A stretch of 64,000 bases of DNA, from positions 96,001 to 160,000 of the forward strand of contig CAWDML010000005.1 in assembly GCA_963803435.1 (NCBI GenBank), in the 5' to 3' direction. Under the pieces are notes generated by a model that saw only the letters and a list, made by a program, of their open reading frames with translations, was not told where the DNA came from and searched no databases. The stretch's first letter is position 1, and each line of letters opens with the position of its first letter. Below, one piece after another: positions 1 to 9,514 of the stretch. A program made the position numbers and the translations under genes. Source of the DNA: an uncultured delta proteobacterium (GTDB lineage: Bacteria; Myxococcota; Kuafuiibacteriia; Kuafuiibacteriales; Kuafuiibacteriaceae).

Positions 1-43
1 CGATGCCGGCGAGGACGACCATGAGGATCGCGAGGATGCCCAC
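1..43 (-). CDS. dctM: TRAP transporter large permease, N-terminal start only (runs off window)
   Basis: GTG-start hydrophobic peptide (M)GILAILMVVLAGI directly after the dctQ stop; operon order P-T-Q-M. Confidence 0.55.
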   Translation of the reverse strand, partial: MGILAILMVVLAGI

Positions 44-44
44 G

Positions 45-581
45 TCAGATCTCCTCGCTCGGCGCGACGGGCGCGCGCTTGCCGAGCGCCACCAGCAGGT
101 TGTTCTTCGCCGTCACCAGGAAGTGGAAGGCGATCGCGACGAATGCGGCCGGGATGACCACCAGGAACGGCCAGGACGGAAAGTCCTCGAAGAGGGTGGT
201 GCCGTTCTTGATCTCGTCGTGGATGAAGGTGAGCGAGGCGCGCATCAGGATGCCCGCGATCACCGCGGCGGCCGTGCAGTTGAGGGTGCGGACCCAGGCG
301 GCGAGGCGCGGCGACAGGAACTTCTGCGCCACGTCGATCGCGATGTGACGGCCCTTGTGCGTGGCGAGCGCGCCGCCGACGAAGCCGAGCCAGAGGACCA
401 TCTGTCGCACCACGATATCGGCCCACTCGAAGCCGAAGTCGAAGAGGATGCGGAGGAAGAACTGGAGCGAGGCCAGGCCGATCATCACGCCGACGATCAC
501 GACCAGGAGGACGCTCTCGGCTCGGCCCACCCAGCCGTCGAGCCGGTCGAGGAAATCCTTGGGCCGCGCTTCCGTCGCCAT
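45..581 (-). CDS. dctQ: TRAP transporter small permease
   Basis: 4-TM protein with EWADIVVRQMVLWLGFVGGALAT..GRHIAID DctQ signature; start taken at MATEARP. Confidence 0.9.
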   Translation of the reverse strand: MATEARPKDFLDRLDGWVGRAESVLLVVIVGVMIGLASLQFFLRILFDFGFEWADIVVRQMVLWLGFVGGALATHKGRHIAIDVAQKFLSPRLAAWVRTLNCTAAAVIAGILMRASLTFIHDEIKNGTTLFEDFPSWPFLVVIPAAFVAIAFHFLVTAKNNLLVALGKRAPVAPSEEI

Positions 582-589
582 CGGCGTTC

Positions 590-1699
590 CTAGCTGTTGG
601 GGGCCGGCTCCGCCGGGAGCGGCGTCTCGCGGAGGGGGTGCTTCTGGGGGAGATCGGCGCAGGACGCCGGCACCGGCTTGGGGTCGGTGAGGAAGAACTG
701 ATCGATGTTGGCGAGGAGGCGGCACGCCTTGATCTTGGCGAGCGTCTCGAACACGCCCCGGTCGGTGCGGGGCTTCGCTGCGATCACCTCGAGGAGCGTC
801 TTCTCGAAGTGCTCCTGGTTCTCGGTCTGCGCGTCCACGTACTGGGCTTCGAGCACGCGGGGCAGCAAGAGTCCGCTCTTCTCGGCCGCCAGCGCGAAGT
901 GCTTCCGGGCCTCCTCCGGGTTGCCGCCGAGGGCGGGCGCGCGGAAGCCGAAGAAGACGGCCGCCATCAGGTGGGGGCCGACGCCGAAGAAGACGGTGTC
1001 GTCGAGCGCGATGACCCGGTCGGCCATCATCTCCACCTTGGGGAGCTGGACGGCCTCGGCCGGATCCAGGTTGGCCTGCATCGCGCCGCCCCAGTTGAAG
1101 GCGAGCCAGAACAGCGAGGGTGCGTCGTCCTCGTCGAGCGCCGCCAGCGCCTTCGCGAGGTCCTCCTTGGAGATCTCCTCGAGCCGCCGGCCCCCGATCA
1201 CGTCCGCCCAGTCGCCGTTCATCGCCAGCGCGCGCTCGGCGAAGGTGCGGCCGAGCGCGTAGTTGCGGAGGACGCGCGCCAGGAGCGGGCGGCTCAAGGC
1301 CTCGTTGCCGGGGAAGGCGAGACGCACCGCCTCGAGCTCGTCCTGGACGAAGCCGAAGGCGTAGTTGGCCCGGGCCATCGCCGCCATGTCGAGGAAGACG
1401 CGCTCCTCGGGATAGGTGGCGACGACGCCCTCGATGAGCTTTGCGTTCCCAGCCAGCGCGGACTCGGCCAGTACGATGTCGGGCTCCTCGACGAAGCCGT
1501 AGATGCCGTTCTGGAGGATGGGTTCCATGCCGGCCTTGGTGGCGCTCTGCACGAGGCCGCAGCCGAGGAGGAGGAGCGGGAAGAGGCTACTTGCCGAGCG
1601 CAGCGCGAGCCTGGGCCAGGTAGTCGGTCGCCTCGAGGTTCTTGGCGAGCTGGGGCCACGCGCCCATTCCGACCTTCTTGAACTCTTGATACTTCGCAT
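590..1699 (-). CDS. tatT: TRAP-associated TatT-family lipoprotein (TPR-like T component); start uncertain
   Basis: Lipobox LLLLGC, YAFGFV, LFWLAFNW, ALGGNPEEARKHF motifs; lies between dctP and dctQ. Confidence 0.8.
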   Translation of the reverse strand: MRSIKSSRRSEWARGPSSPRTSRRPTTWPRLALRSASSLFPLLLLGCGLVQSATKAGMEPILQNGIYGFVEEPDIVLAESALAGNAKLIEGVVATYPEERVFLDMAAMARANYAFGFVQDELEAVRLAFPGNEALSRPLLARVLRNYALGRTFAERALAMNGDWADVIGGRRLEEISKEDLAKALAALDEDDAPSLFWLAFNWGGAMQANLDPAEAVQLPKVEMMADRVIALDDTVFFGVGPHLMAAVFFGFRAPALGGNPEEARKHFALAAEKSGLLLPRVLEAQYVDAQTENQEHFEKTLLEVIAAKPRTDRGVFETLAKIKACRLLANIDQFFLTDPKPVPASCADLPQKHPLRETPLPAEPAPNS

Positions 1700-2585
1700 C
1701 CGGAATGGGCACCTGCTGGAGACCGCCGCCTGCGCCGATCAGTCGGGCCATCGCCGCCTCGTTGTCCTTGCGCGCCTGCGCGATGACCTTCTGCCCGGCC
1801 TCGAAGACGATCTTCTTGACGGTCTCCTTATGTTTGTCGGGGATCTTGTTCCAGGCTTTTTTCGTGAGGATGAAGCCGCCCGACGCGTACGCGAAGGGCT
1901 TACCGGACATATATCCGAGGTCTCCGGTCCATCCGAGGGCGACGGCGCCGGCCGGCGGCGCGTAGACGGTGTCGATCCCGCCCGACTTGAGCTGCTGAAC
2001 CACCGTGAGGATGTCGAGCGGCCGCGGCGAGACGCCGAACACCTTGAAGGTGTCGGAGGCGACCTGATCACCCTCCCATACCCAGAGCTTCGCGCTGCGC
2101 AGCTCCTCGACGCTCTTGATCGGCGATTTGCTGAAGACGTAGACCATCCCGGTCTCGCCCGGGCCCAGGAGCACGTATTCGGTCTTATCCTGGAAGGCCC
2201 TCTCGAAGGCCGGCCACAGCGCCGCGCGCACCTTGTCGGCATCGGCGTAGCTCTCGACCAGGAAGGGCAACTCCTGAACTCGGAAGGCCGGGAGGATCAG
2301 GCCGACGCCCTGGCCGGTGAAGAAGGCGCCGTCGAGCCCATGCCCGAGCTTCTTCGCGACCTTGGCCTCATCGCCGAGCTTGCCGCCCAGGTAGAGCTGG
2401 AACTGGACCTCGCCGTTGGTGGCCTTTTTGACGTCGCCGGCCAGCGCCTGGATCAGCTTGCCCCAGGCGCTGTCGGTGGGGGCGAGGGAAGCCAGACGGA
2501 GTGTTTCGGCCCGGGCAGGGAGCGCCGTGAACGCGAAAGCCAGGGTGGTCGCGGCCAGCAAGGCCGTGTTCGTCCGTGTCGCCAC
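1587..2585 (-). CDS. dctP: TRAP transporter substrate-binding protein
   Basis: Signal peptide then LRLASLAPTDSAW, YLGGKLGDE, ELPFL, LKSGGIDTV; GTG start at 2585. Confidence 0.9.
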   Translation of the reverse strand: MATRTNTALLAATTLAFAFTALPARAETLRLASLAPTDSAWGKLIQALAGDVKKATNGEVQFQLYLGGKLGDEAKVAKKLGHGLDGAFFTGQGVGLILPAFRVQELPFLVESYADADKVRAALWPAFERAFQDKTEYVLLGPGETGMVYVFSKSPIKSVEELRSAKLWVWEGDQVASDTFKVFGVSPRPLDILTVVQQLKSGGIDTVYAPPAGAVALGWTGDLGYMSGKPFAYASGGFILTKKAWNKIPDKHKETVKKIVFEAGQKVIAQARKDNEAAMARLIGAGGGLQQVPIPDAKYQEFKKVGMGAWPQLAKNLEATDYLAQARAALGK

Positions 2586-2695
2586 GGCCGCGGACTGTAC
2601 CGACCGGCCTCCGACGTGGGCAACTGATTGTCGACATGCATTTCGCCATCTGCCCAATTTGACTTGGAGTTTTCCCAGGTTTAGGCAGCGTGTTG

Positions 2696-3649
2696 ATGGC
2701 GAGCAAGAAGCCGAAGAAGAAGGCTGCGAAGACAGCGCCCGCGAAGAAGGCGCCGGCGAAGAAATCCGCGAAGAAGAAGAAGAAGAAGGCTGCGGCGAAG
2801 GCGCCGGCGAAGAAGAGCGCCGCGAAGAAGAAGAAGAAGACTGCGGCGAAGAAGACCGCGGCGAAGAAGACCGCGACCAAGAAGGCCGCGAAGAAGAAGA
2901 AGGCCGCGCCCAAGAAGGCTGCGGCGAAGAAGTCGGCGAAGAAGTCGGCGAAGAAGTCGGCGAAGAAGACGGCGAAGAAGTCCGCGAAGAAGAAGGCCGC
3001 AGGTCGCGCCCGCGCCGCCGCGCCGAAAGAGACGGCGAAGAAGAAGTCGAAGCGCAGCGGCAAGCGAACGCCGCCGCCACCGCCCAAGCCGAGGCCTGAG
3101 CGCGAGGCGCGCGGGGCCAAGCCCGATCGTCCGAACCGCGAAGCGGAGATCGAAGCCGCCGCCCTCGACCTCGAAGTGGCCGACGTCGATCTGGTGGACG
3201 AGGTCGAAGAGGCCGACGTCCTCGTGATCGAAGAAGAAGATGAGGCCGACGAGGACGACGAGGACGACGACGACGACGAACCGTTCGAGGGCGAGGCGAT
3301 GCAGCGGCGCAAGCGTCCGAGCACGTCGCTTCCGCCCGACCATGAGATCCTCAATCCGGGTCCGCTCCGCGGTGAGCCCGTCGACAAGGGCACCGTGATC
3401 GAGGCCGTCCGGGCCGCCTTCCGAGCCGACGAGGAGCATCCGGTGCGGGGCCGCGAGTTCCTGGGCCCGCGCACGCCGCTCGATCTGCCCAAGGAGGGCG
3501 ACGTCGACTACGCGCGAGCGGTGGAGTCGCAGCGCGCGGCTGCCGAAGTCCTGGCCCGGGCCGAGCTCGCGGGCGAGGAGCGAAAGGCCGTCGACGAGCG
3601 CATCGCCGAGGTCTACGCCGGCGCCGCCCGCAACTTCGACGACGAGTGA
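2696..3649 (+). CDS. Histone H1-like Lys/Ala-rich protein with acidic tract
   Basis: Over 100 aa of KKAAKK/KKSAKK repeats, then a D/E-rich run (EEEDEADEDDEDDDDDE) and a globular C-terminus. Confidence 0.7.
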   Translation: MASKKPKKKAAKTAPAKKAPAKKSAKKKKKKAAAKAPAKKSAAKKKKKTAAKKTAAKKTATKKAAKKKKAAPKKAAAKKSAKKSAKKSAKKTAKKSAKKKAAGRARAAAPKETAKKKSKRSGKRTPPPPPKPRPEREARGAKPDRPNREAEIEAAALDLEVADVDLVDEVEEADVLVIEEEDEADEDDEDDDDDEPFEGEAMQRRKRPSTSLPPDHEILNPGPLRGEPVDKGTVIEAVRAAFRADEEHPVRGREFLGPRTPLDLPKEGDVDYARAVESQRAAAEVLARAELAGEERKAVDERIAEVYAGAARNFDDE

Positions 3650-3678
3650 TCGGAACGAGGGTCGAGGGCCCCGCCGGG

Positions 3679-3713
3679 GCTCTCAGCTCTTGGCTCTCAG
3701 CTCTCGACTCTCC
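3679..3713. repeat. Five tandem imperfect heptamers (GCTCTCA-like)
   Basis: GCTCTCA GCTCTTG GCTCTCA GCTCTCG ACTCTCC across the stop of the FrgA-like gene. Confidence 0.6.
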
Positions 3714-6562
3714 TGATTCGAGTTCCACCAGTCGAGCCAGCGCTGGCGCGATTCTTCGCGCTGCCGCTTGGGTGCGTCATCGTCGTAGCCCATGTCGAGA
3801 CCAGTGACGGCGCGTAGCTCCTCCGCCGCGCTCTTCCGCAGCACCGCGTCCTTGGCGGTGAGGCCGTCGATCAGCCAGACGATGCGCGACTTGTCGCGGT
3901 TCTTCGTCCACCAGGCCCGCCACTTCTTCGCGCTCGGCCCGAACCGCTGCTTTGTGATCTCCGCGAGGGCGTCCTCGGCGACCTCGTACATCGACTTTTC
4001 TTTGCGATCGAAGACCTCGATCAGGTTCGGGATCGCGGTGACGTCGCGGAAGAGTCCGATCAGATAGGTGGCGTGGCGCCGCGCGGTCACGGAGCTGGCC
4101 TCGAGTCGGCCGTGGAGGTGATCGAGGACCCGACCGAACTCCGGGTGCTCTCGATAGGAGAAGAGGGTTCGCGCCGCCAGGAGAGAGACGCGGGTCTCCT
4201 CGTCGTGCAGCCGCTGGATCAGCTTCGGGATCGACTCGGGCACGAAGACCGACGAGTAGAAGTAGACGGCGAAGAAGCGGCGGATCGGCTCCGGCGCGTC
4301 GAGGCGCCGGACCATGTGGAGATGAGACTCCGCGCCGAAGTGCGCGACCAGCCACGGGAGCACACCACACTCGGCGAAGCGAGGCAGTGGCAGCGCGGTC
4401 GCGAACGGGTCGACCTCGAGGACCCCCGGAAAGACCTCGGCGACCCGGGGGAGGACGTCCACCCCCAGCGCCCGCAGCCGTTCCAGCGCGGCCTTGCGCT
4501 CCTCGCGGTTGGCGCTGAGCACCTGGTCGATCAAGAGATCGAGCTCGGAGCGCCCCGCCCCGCCGTCGGGCCGCGGGAGGTCGCCCGTGATGACCACGTT
4601 CCCGTTTTGATCGACGGCGCGATCGTGGTGCGACTCGATCTCGCTGTTGGTGGACAGCACGTTCGGATCGATCGAGCGCGCCCCATAGCTCGCGGTGGAC
4701 CGCTGGGTGAGCGGCACCGGCTCGGTCGGATCGCCCAGGATGATGGGCGCGGGATCGGGCGGGAAGTCCTCCGCGCGGATCGTGCTGTGCACGCCAGGCG
4801 AGAGCGGCATCGGCTCATCGGAGGGGAGCGCTGCCCGCTCGAGGACCTCGGGCGGCAGGGCGCGCGGGCGGACGATGTCGCTGGCGGCCCGAATCCAGGC
4901 CTCGGCAGAGAGGTCGGGCACGGTGATGTCCTCGCCGAGGGACTCGCGCATGGCCATGAGCTCCCGGTGACCGCGCTCCACCCAGCGCTCCGCCTCGGTG
5001 GGATCGCGGGCGCCGCCGAACTCGTCCCAGGGCTGGACCTGGACGTCGTCCCAACCCTCTTCGGCCTCCATGAGCTGCGCCTTCGGCTGATCGAGCTCGC
5101 GAAGCTCGTCGAGCAGCGCGCCTCCGTCCGCATGCTCCGCAATCACGGCTCCGGCGAAGGCGTCCTCGGGGATGGGCTCGGGGAGGTCGAAGGTCGGAGC
5201 GATGTCGACGCTGTCCCAGCCCTCCTCGTCGTCGGCCGCCTGCGGCGCGAACGAGGCGGCCATCGCATCGGTGGAGTCGGCGGGCTGGGCATCCTCGGCG
5301 ACGAGCGACTCGAGCGTGTGCTCCGGGAGGTCTTCAGGCTCGGTGAGCTCGATCGGCTCCTCGAGCTCGATCGGCTCGGCGAGGTCGATCGACTCGGACT
5401 CGTCTTCGTCTTTCTTGCGGACATAGGCGTACTCGGTCGACGCCTCGCCGCGGACGACCTCCATCGGCGGCACCGGCGTGAGCTCGGCCTCCTTCTGCAT
5501 GCGTCCCAGGGGCAAGACCGGGCGTGCGCTCAGCTCGCTGATCGACTCGGCCTTCTTCCGGATCAGCAGCGACTCGAGGGCGCCTTGGACGTGAGTGGTG
5601 AAGAGCATCAGGTCGGCGGCGAGACGCGGCGCGATCGTCTCCGAGCCGTTCTCGCCGTAGAGCAGAGCGACCGTTCGGCTTCGGATCCGGATCGGCACGA
5701 TCAGGACGGCGCGTGGCTCGGGACGAGCGAGCCGCTCCAGAAACTCGACGTGGAGCGGATCCGATGGGAGCGGCCCGAGATAGTGCGCCTGGGTGTCGAG
5801 CACCACCCGAAAGGCCGAGTCGGCCTTCAGCGGGATGGGCAGCTTTGGGACCTGCTCCGAGCCGGGGCCGAGACCCATCCAACCCTCCACGTGGTCGGAG
5901 TGCACGATGAACAGCGCCACCAGTTGCAGGTCGTTGATGGCGTAGCGGAGCGTGGTCTCCGCGATCTCGTCGCGATGCCTGGCTTCGCGGAGCGCGTTGA
6001 CCGCTTCGCCAAACGGCAGTGGATCGGTGCTCGGGACGACCGGCTCGACGACCTTCTCGGGCGTGTCGACCGCGACCGAGATGGTCCCGTGCTTCTCGAT
6101 GAGGGCGGCCAGACGATCGGGAGGTTCGGCGTCGTACAACAGATCGAGGCGCTGCGCGACGCGGAACTCAGGCGCGAGCAAAGGATCGATCTCGAGCTCG
6201 AGCAGCTCGCCGAGGCGCGCGATCAGATTGAGGTCGGCGGGCGCGGGCGTCAGCACCGTCATCGCGCGCGTGGCGGCGTCAGTGGTGAGCGGCGCCAGCA
6301 TGTGCTTCTTCGCCCACTGCTCGGGAAACGCGCGGAGCACGCGCGGGTCGGCGGGGGCGCTGGCGCGATCCGGTGAGGCGGCGGCGAGCCCGTAGGCCCG
6401 GCCCATCGCGTCGACCACGTCCTGCTCGGAGACCAGCCCCAGCTCGAGGAGCGAGGTATCGAGCGCGCCGCCCTGCTGGACCTGGCGCTCCATGGCCTCC
6501 GCCGCCTGCTCGGGCGTCAAGATCCCTTGCTCCACCAGAGTCTTGGTCAGGCGTTCCGGCAC
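3683..6562 (-). CDS. FrgA-like protein: GspE/T2SSE N-terminal domain, GAF-like region, acidic linker, HEAT repeats
   Basis: N-terminal RLTKTLVEQGILTPEQ..LDTSLLELGLVSE; C-terminal HEAT repeats ending WLDWW; architecture typical of myxobacteria. Confidence 0.7.
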   Translation of the reverse strand: MPERLTKTLVEQGILTPEQAAEAMERQVQQGGALDTSLLELGLVSEQDVVDAMGRAYGLAAASPDRASAPADPRVLRAFPEQWAKKHMLAPLTTDAATRAMTVLTPAPADLNLIARLGELLELEIDPLLAPEFRVAQRLDLLYDAEPPDRLAALIEKHGTISVAVDTPEKVVEPVVPSTDPLPFGEAVNALREARHRDEIAETTLRYAINDLQLVALFIVHSDHVEGWMGLGPGSEQVPKLPIPLKADSAFRVVLDTQAHYLGPLPSDPLHVEFLERLARPEPRAVLIVPIRIRSRTVALLYGENGSETIAPRLAADLMLFTTHVQGALESLLIRKKAESISELSARPVLPLGRMQKEAELTPVPPMEVVRGEASTEYAYVRKKDEDESESIDLAEPIELEEPIELTEPEDLPEHTLESLVAEDAQPADSTDAMAASFAPQAADDEEGWDSVDIAPTFDLPEPIPEDAFAGAVIAEHADGGALLDELRELDQPKAQLMEAEEGWDDVQVQPWDEFGGARDPTEAERWVERGHRELMAMRESLGEDITVPDLSAEAWIRAASDIVRPRALPPEVLERAALPSDEPMPLSPGVHSTIRAEDFPPDPAPIILGDPTEPVPLTQRSTASYGARSIDPNVLSTNSEIESHHDRAVDQNGNVVITGDLPRPDGGAGRSELDLLIDQVLSANREERKAALERLRALGVDVLPRVAEVFPGVLEVDPFATALPLPRFAECGVLPWLVAHFGAESHLHMVRRLDAPEPIRRFFAVYFYSSVFVPESIPKLIQRLHDEETRVSLLAARTLFSYREHPEFGRVLDHLHGRLEASSVTARRHATYLIGLFRDVTAIPNLIEVFDRKEKSMYEVAEDALAEITKQRFGPSAKKWRAWWTKNRDKSRIVWLIDGLTAKDAVLRKSAAEELRAVTGLDMGYDDDAPKRQREESRQRWLDWWNSNQESRELRAKS

Positions 6563-6614
6563 TCTTACCCCTTTCCGCTTTTCCAACAGATTCGGAGTCC
6601 GCACAATCCCGGGC

Positions 6615-7256
6615 GTGTGGCCGGCGCTCTGGATCGGGCTCGCCCTGAGCGCCCCCCCGGCCGAGGCCGAGTCTCGGCTGGTCGAGGTGGCCGTCCGCGC
6701 GAAACGAGCCGGAGACGCCGCCCTCACCCGAAAGGCCCTCCGCGGCTGGGCCACGCTGCGCCGGCATCCTCAGCTCCCGGCGGGTCTCGAGCCCGAGGCC
6801 GCCGATGCGACGGCCTGGGCGGCCGGCGCCGGTCAGCTCCGGATCTATGGATCGCGCCTACCCGACCGGGTCCGCGTCGGCGTGGACGATCCGGCGGCGC
6901 TGGTCGGACGCCTCGACGTCTCCATCGCCGCGGCGGGCGGTTGGGCGCGTCTCACCCGCGCCCGTGTCGAAGCCGCGGGGAGAAACGAATACACGCTGCC
7001 GGTGGGCGACCGGGAGATCCTCATCGAGGCGGTGATGACCGACTACGGACCGGAGGTCGTCCTGCGGCGGTCGATCCTGGCGCCGCCGTCGCGTGCGCTC
7101 CCTCCGCCGAAGCCGGCTCCCAAGACCGCCGCCGCCCCGCCCGCCCTGGTCCCCGGAGCGCCCACGGCCCCGGCCGCGCCCTGGTGGTGGATCGCGCTGG
7201 GCGTGGCGTGCGCGGGTCTCGCGGGTGTGGCGATCTATCAAGAGGCGAAGCGGTAA
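6615..7256 (+). CDS. Hypothetical exported protein with C-terminal membrane anchor
   Basis: Signal-like N-terminus, Pro-rich linker, PWWWIALGVACAG anchor. Confidence 0.6.
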   Translation: MWPALWIGLALSAPPAEAESRLVEVAVRAKRAGDAALTRKALRGWATLRRHPQLPAGLEPEAADATAWAAGAGQLRIYGSRLPDRVRVGVDDPAALVGRLDVSIAAAGGWARLTRARVEAAGRNEYTLPVGDREILIEAVMTDYGPEVVLRRSILAPPSRALPPPKPAPKTAAAPPALVPGAPTAPAAPWWWIALGVACAGLAGVAIYQEAKR

Positions 7257-7293
7257 CGAGCGAAGCGACAACGCGAATCAATTCGCGTCGACT

Positions 7294-9006
7294 CTATTTG
7301 ACCACGAGGTCGAGGGCGACGTGCTCGTGGTCCTCGGATGCGCTCGCTTCCAAGGTGACCGCGTCGATCCGCTCGAGGACGGGCTTGAGCTGGAGCCGGA
7401 GCGCTTCGATCGCGAGGAGCTCGCGGCGGTGGTCGCGGCCGAAGGCGCCGGCCGCGAAGGCGGCGTCGATGGCCCGCGGATGTACGGCCGCGCGGAGGAA
7501 CGGTGCGCGCTCCGGCTCGGGACCGAGGCGGGTGATCGAGGCCAGCCGGCGGAGCGCCGCGGCTCCGCTGCCCACGCCGGTGCCGACGATCATCATCCCG
7601 TCGAGCACATGGATCTCGTAGGGGCTGCCGGCGGCCAGGCCGGCGATCGGCGGGCGGGCGTCGGAGATCCAGGGCGTCTTGCGCAGCGGTGTCACCGTGA
7701 AGCGTTCGCTGAGCAGATGCTGGACCCGGTCGGCGGCGGCCGCGGTGGCGAGGCCGACCGTCAACGCCGAGGGGACGAGGAAGGCCCAGTCGAGCTCGCG
7801 TGAGGAGCCGCGCTTGGCCGATGGGCACTCGGAATCCAGGCCGAGACCCAACAGGCCGATCGTGCCGGTGAGGACGTCCTTCGGCAGGTCGAAGCCGAAG
7901 CCCAGGGCTGCGCGTTGGACGAAGCCCGGATCGGCGTGGACCAGGACCGAGAAGAGCGCGGGCGTGTCAGCCCAGCGACCGATCAGGTCGGCGGTGGTCC
8001 GCTCGGGCAATGCCTCGGCGATCAGGCGGCGGCCGATTCCGGACGGGGTCAGCTGCACCTGCACCCCGGCGCGCTCGTCAGCGATCACGGCGGCGGCGCC
8101 GCCCTCGATCCAGCGCGACCACTTGAAGAGCCGGGCGGTGGTCTGCCGGATCTGCTCTTCGGCGGCCGCGCGGGCGCGGGCGTCGCCGAAGCGAGTCCGG
8201 CGGCGCTCGTGGGCCGCGTTGGTCCAGGCCGCATCGCGCGCGAGGGGTCCGGGGCTGAAGAACGCGTACGCCACGCCGTCGCGGGGGAGGCGCTGGTACG
8301 CGGAGAGGACGCCCGCCAGGCGCGAATAAGTGGGGCCACCGGCGCTGATGGCGCGCTCGAGGTGGGCGACCGGGTTGGTGCCGGCGCTGGCGCCGAGCTG
8401 GCAGATCGCCTGGGTGTGCCGCGGCAGGCAGGTGATCGGTCGCTCGCTGTCCAGCGCCAGCACGGAGGCGGACTCAGCGCCGATCGCGATCCGGCGGCGA
8501 TCGCGACCGCCGATACGGTCGAGCCAGGACTCGAACGCGCGGCGATCGGTGAGCCCGAAGCGGAACACCGAGACTCCGGCGCGGACGTCGGGGATGACGA
8601 CGAACGGCGCCGCGGCGTCGATGCCGGCCTCGCGGAGGCCGTCGGCCGTGAGGACCCGTCGCGGATCGACTGGCCGCATGCCTTCGATCGAGGGCAGCCG
8701 ATAACCGGAGCCCCAGATCGCCTCTGTGATCTGAGCACCGAGCGGTCGGCCGAAGGAAGGATCGACGGAGATCAGGACGTCGAGCACCCGGTCGGCCTGC
8801 TCGATCGCACGCGCGAGCTGCGGCGCGTAGAAGATCACGGCGGCGTCGGAGGAGACGTCGGCGACGGCCTCGGGGAGCCCGATGTGCTTGGCGGGGTGCT
8901 CGGTGACGGCGGTGAGCGTGGCGGGCTTCGCGGGCTGGGCGTGACCCTCGACCGACGAACCGAAGAGAACCGCAAGACAAGTTGCGGCCGTGAATCCGGG
9001 TCTCAG
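7294..9006 (-). CDS. Hypothetical secreted protein (start uncertain)
   Basis: Long ORF with signal-like TAATCLAVLFGSSVEGHA-QP; coupled to the upstream small gene. Confidence 0.6.
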   Translation of the reverse strand: MRPGFTAATCLAVLFGSSVEGHAQPAKPATLTAVTEHPAKHIGLPEAVADVSSDAAVIFYAPQLARAIEQADRVLDVLISVDPSFGRPLGAQITEAIWGSGYRLPSIEGMRPVDPRRVLTADGLREAGIDAAAPFVVIPDVRAGVSVFRFGLTDRRAFESWLDRIGGRDRRRIAIGAESASVLALDSERPITCLPRHTQAICQLGASAGTNPVAHLERAISAGGPTYSRLAGVLSAYQRLPRDGVAYAFFSPGPLARDAAWTNAAHERRRTRFGDARARAAAEEQIRQTTARLFKWSRWIEGGAAAVIADERAGVQVQLTPSGIGRRLIAEALPERTTADLIGRWADTPALFSVLVHADPGFVQRAALGFGFDLPKDVLTGTIGLLGLGLDSECPSAKRGSSRELDWAFLVPSALTVGLATAAAADRVQHLLSERFTVTPLRKTPWISDARPPIAGLAAGSPYEIHVLDGMMIVGTGVGSGAAALRRLASITRLGPEPERAPFLRAAVHPRAIDAAFAAGAFGRDHRRELLAIEALRLQLKPVLERIDAVTLEASASEDHEHVALDLVVK

Positions 9007-9293
9007 GAGGCTGTCGAAGGCGCAGCGGTCACCCGCTGGCCCTTCTTCCTTCGCAACGCGCGCTGCGCGTACGCCATTCCGACGAGCAATGAGGCAAAGA
9101 GCGGCGACATCGCGATCAGCACGACGATCAGCTTGTACTGGAACAATCCGGAGACCAGCTTGCTGAAGACGACGTCGAGGATGTCGCCATACATGAGACC
9201 GGCGAACAGGCCCGCCGCCACGACCATCGCGATCAGGTTCATCGTCACGAACCAGAAGATCCGCTGCTTTCGATACGGGTCCGCCGATGACAT
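9003..9293 (-). CDS. Small two-TM membrane protein
   Basis: MSSADPYRKQRIFWF.., two hydrophobic helices, basic tail. Confidence 0.7.
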   Translation of the reverse strand: MSSADPYRKQRIFWFVTMNLIAMVVAAGLFAGLMYGDILDVVFSKLVSGLFQYKLIVVLIAMSPLFASLLVGMAYAQRALRRKKGQRVTAAPSTAS

Positions 9294-9514
9294 CGCCGCC
9301 CACGCTAGGAACCGCACGCCGGCTTGTCGACGGAAAAGCGTGTGTTGTTTTCTCCACGACCGTCGCGCGCTCCGCACTCGAATCTGTGCCTGCCCGGCAC
9401 AGCGCTCCGCATCGTCCTGCGGTCCGATCCCCCAACCCCCCAAAGGCTAAGGCCATTCCGTCCTGCGAAGTACCCCACGTCGATTTGGTACGTCTCGTGC
9501 GAGGGGTCTCCGCA

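Noticed and set aside
2586-3080. Ser-rich N-terminal extension of DctP in the ORF track
   Set aside because: It is the antisense read of the Lys-rich repeat gene; the real signal peptide starts at GTG 2585
4073-6376. Long antisense or alternate-frame ORFs (also 10403-13141, 27823-30099, 40833-42839, 56924-59224)
   Set aside because: Shadow ORFs expected at about 70% GC, lying opposite genes with clear family motifs
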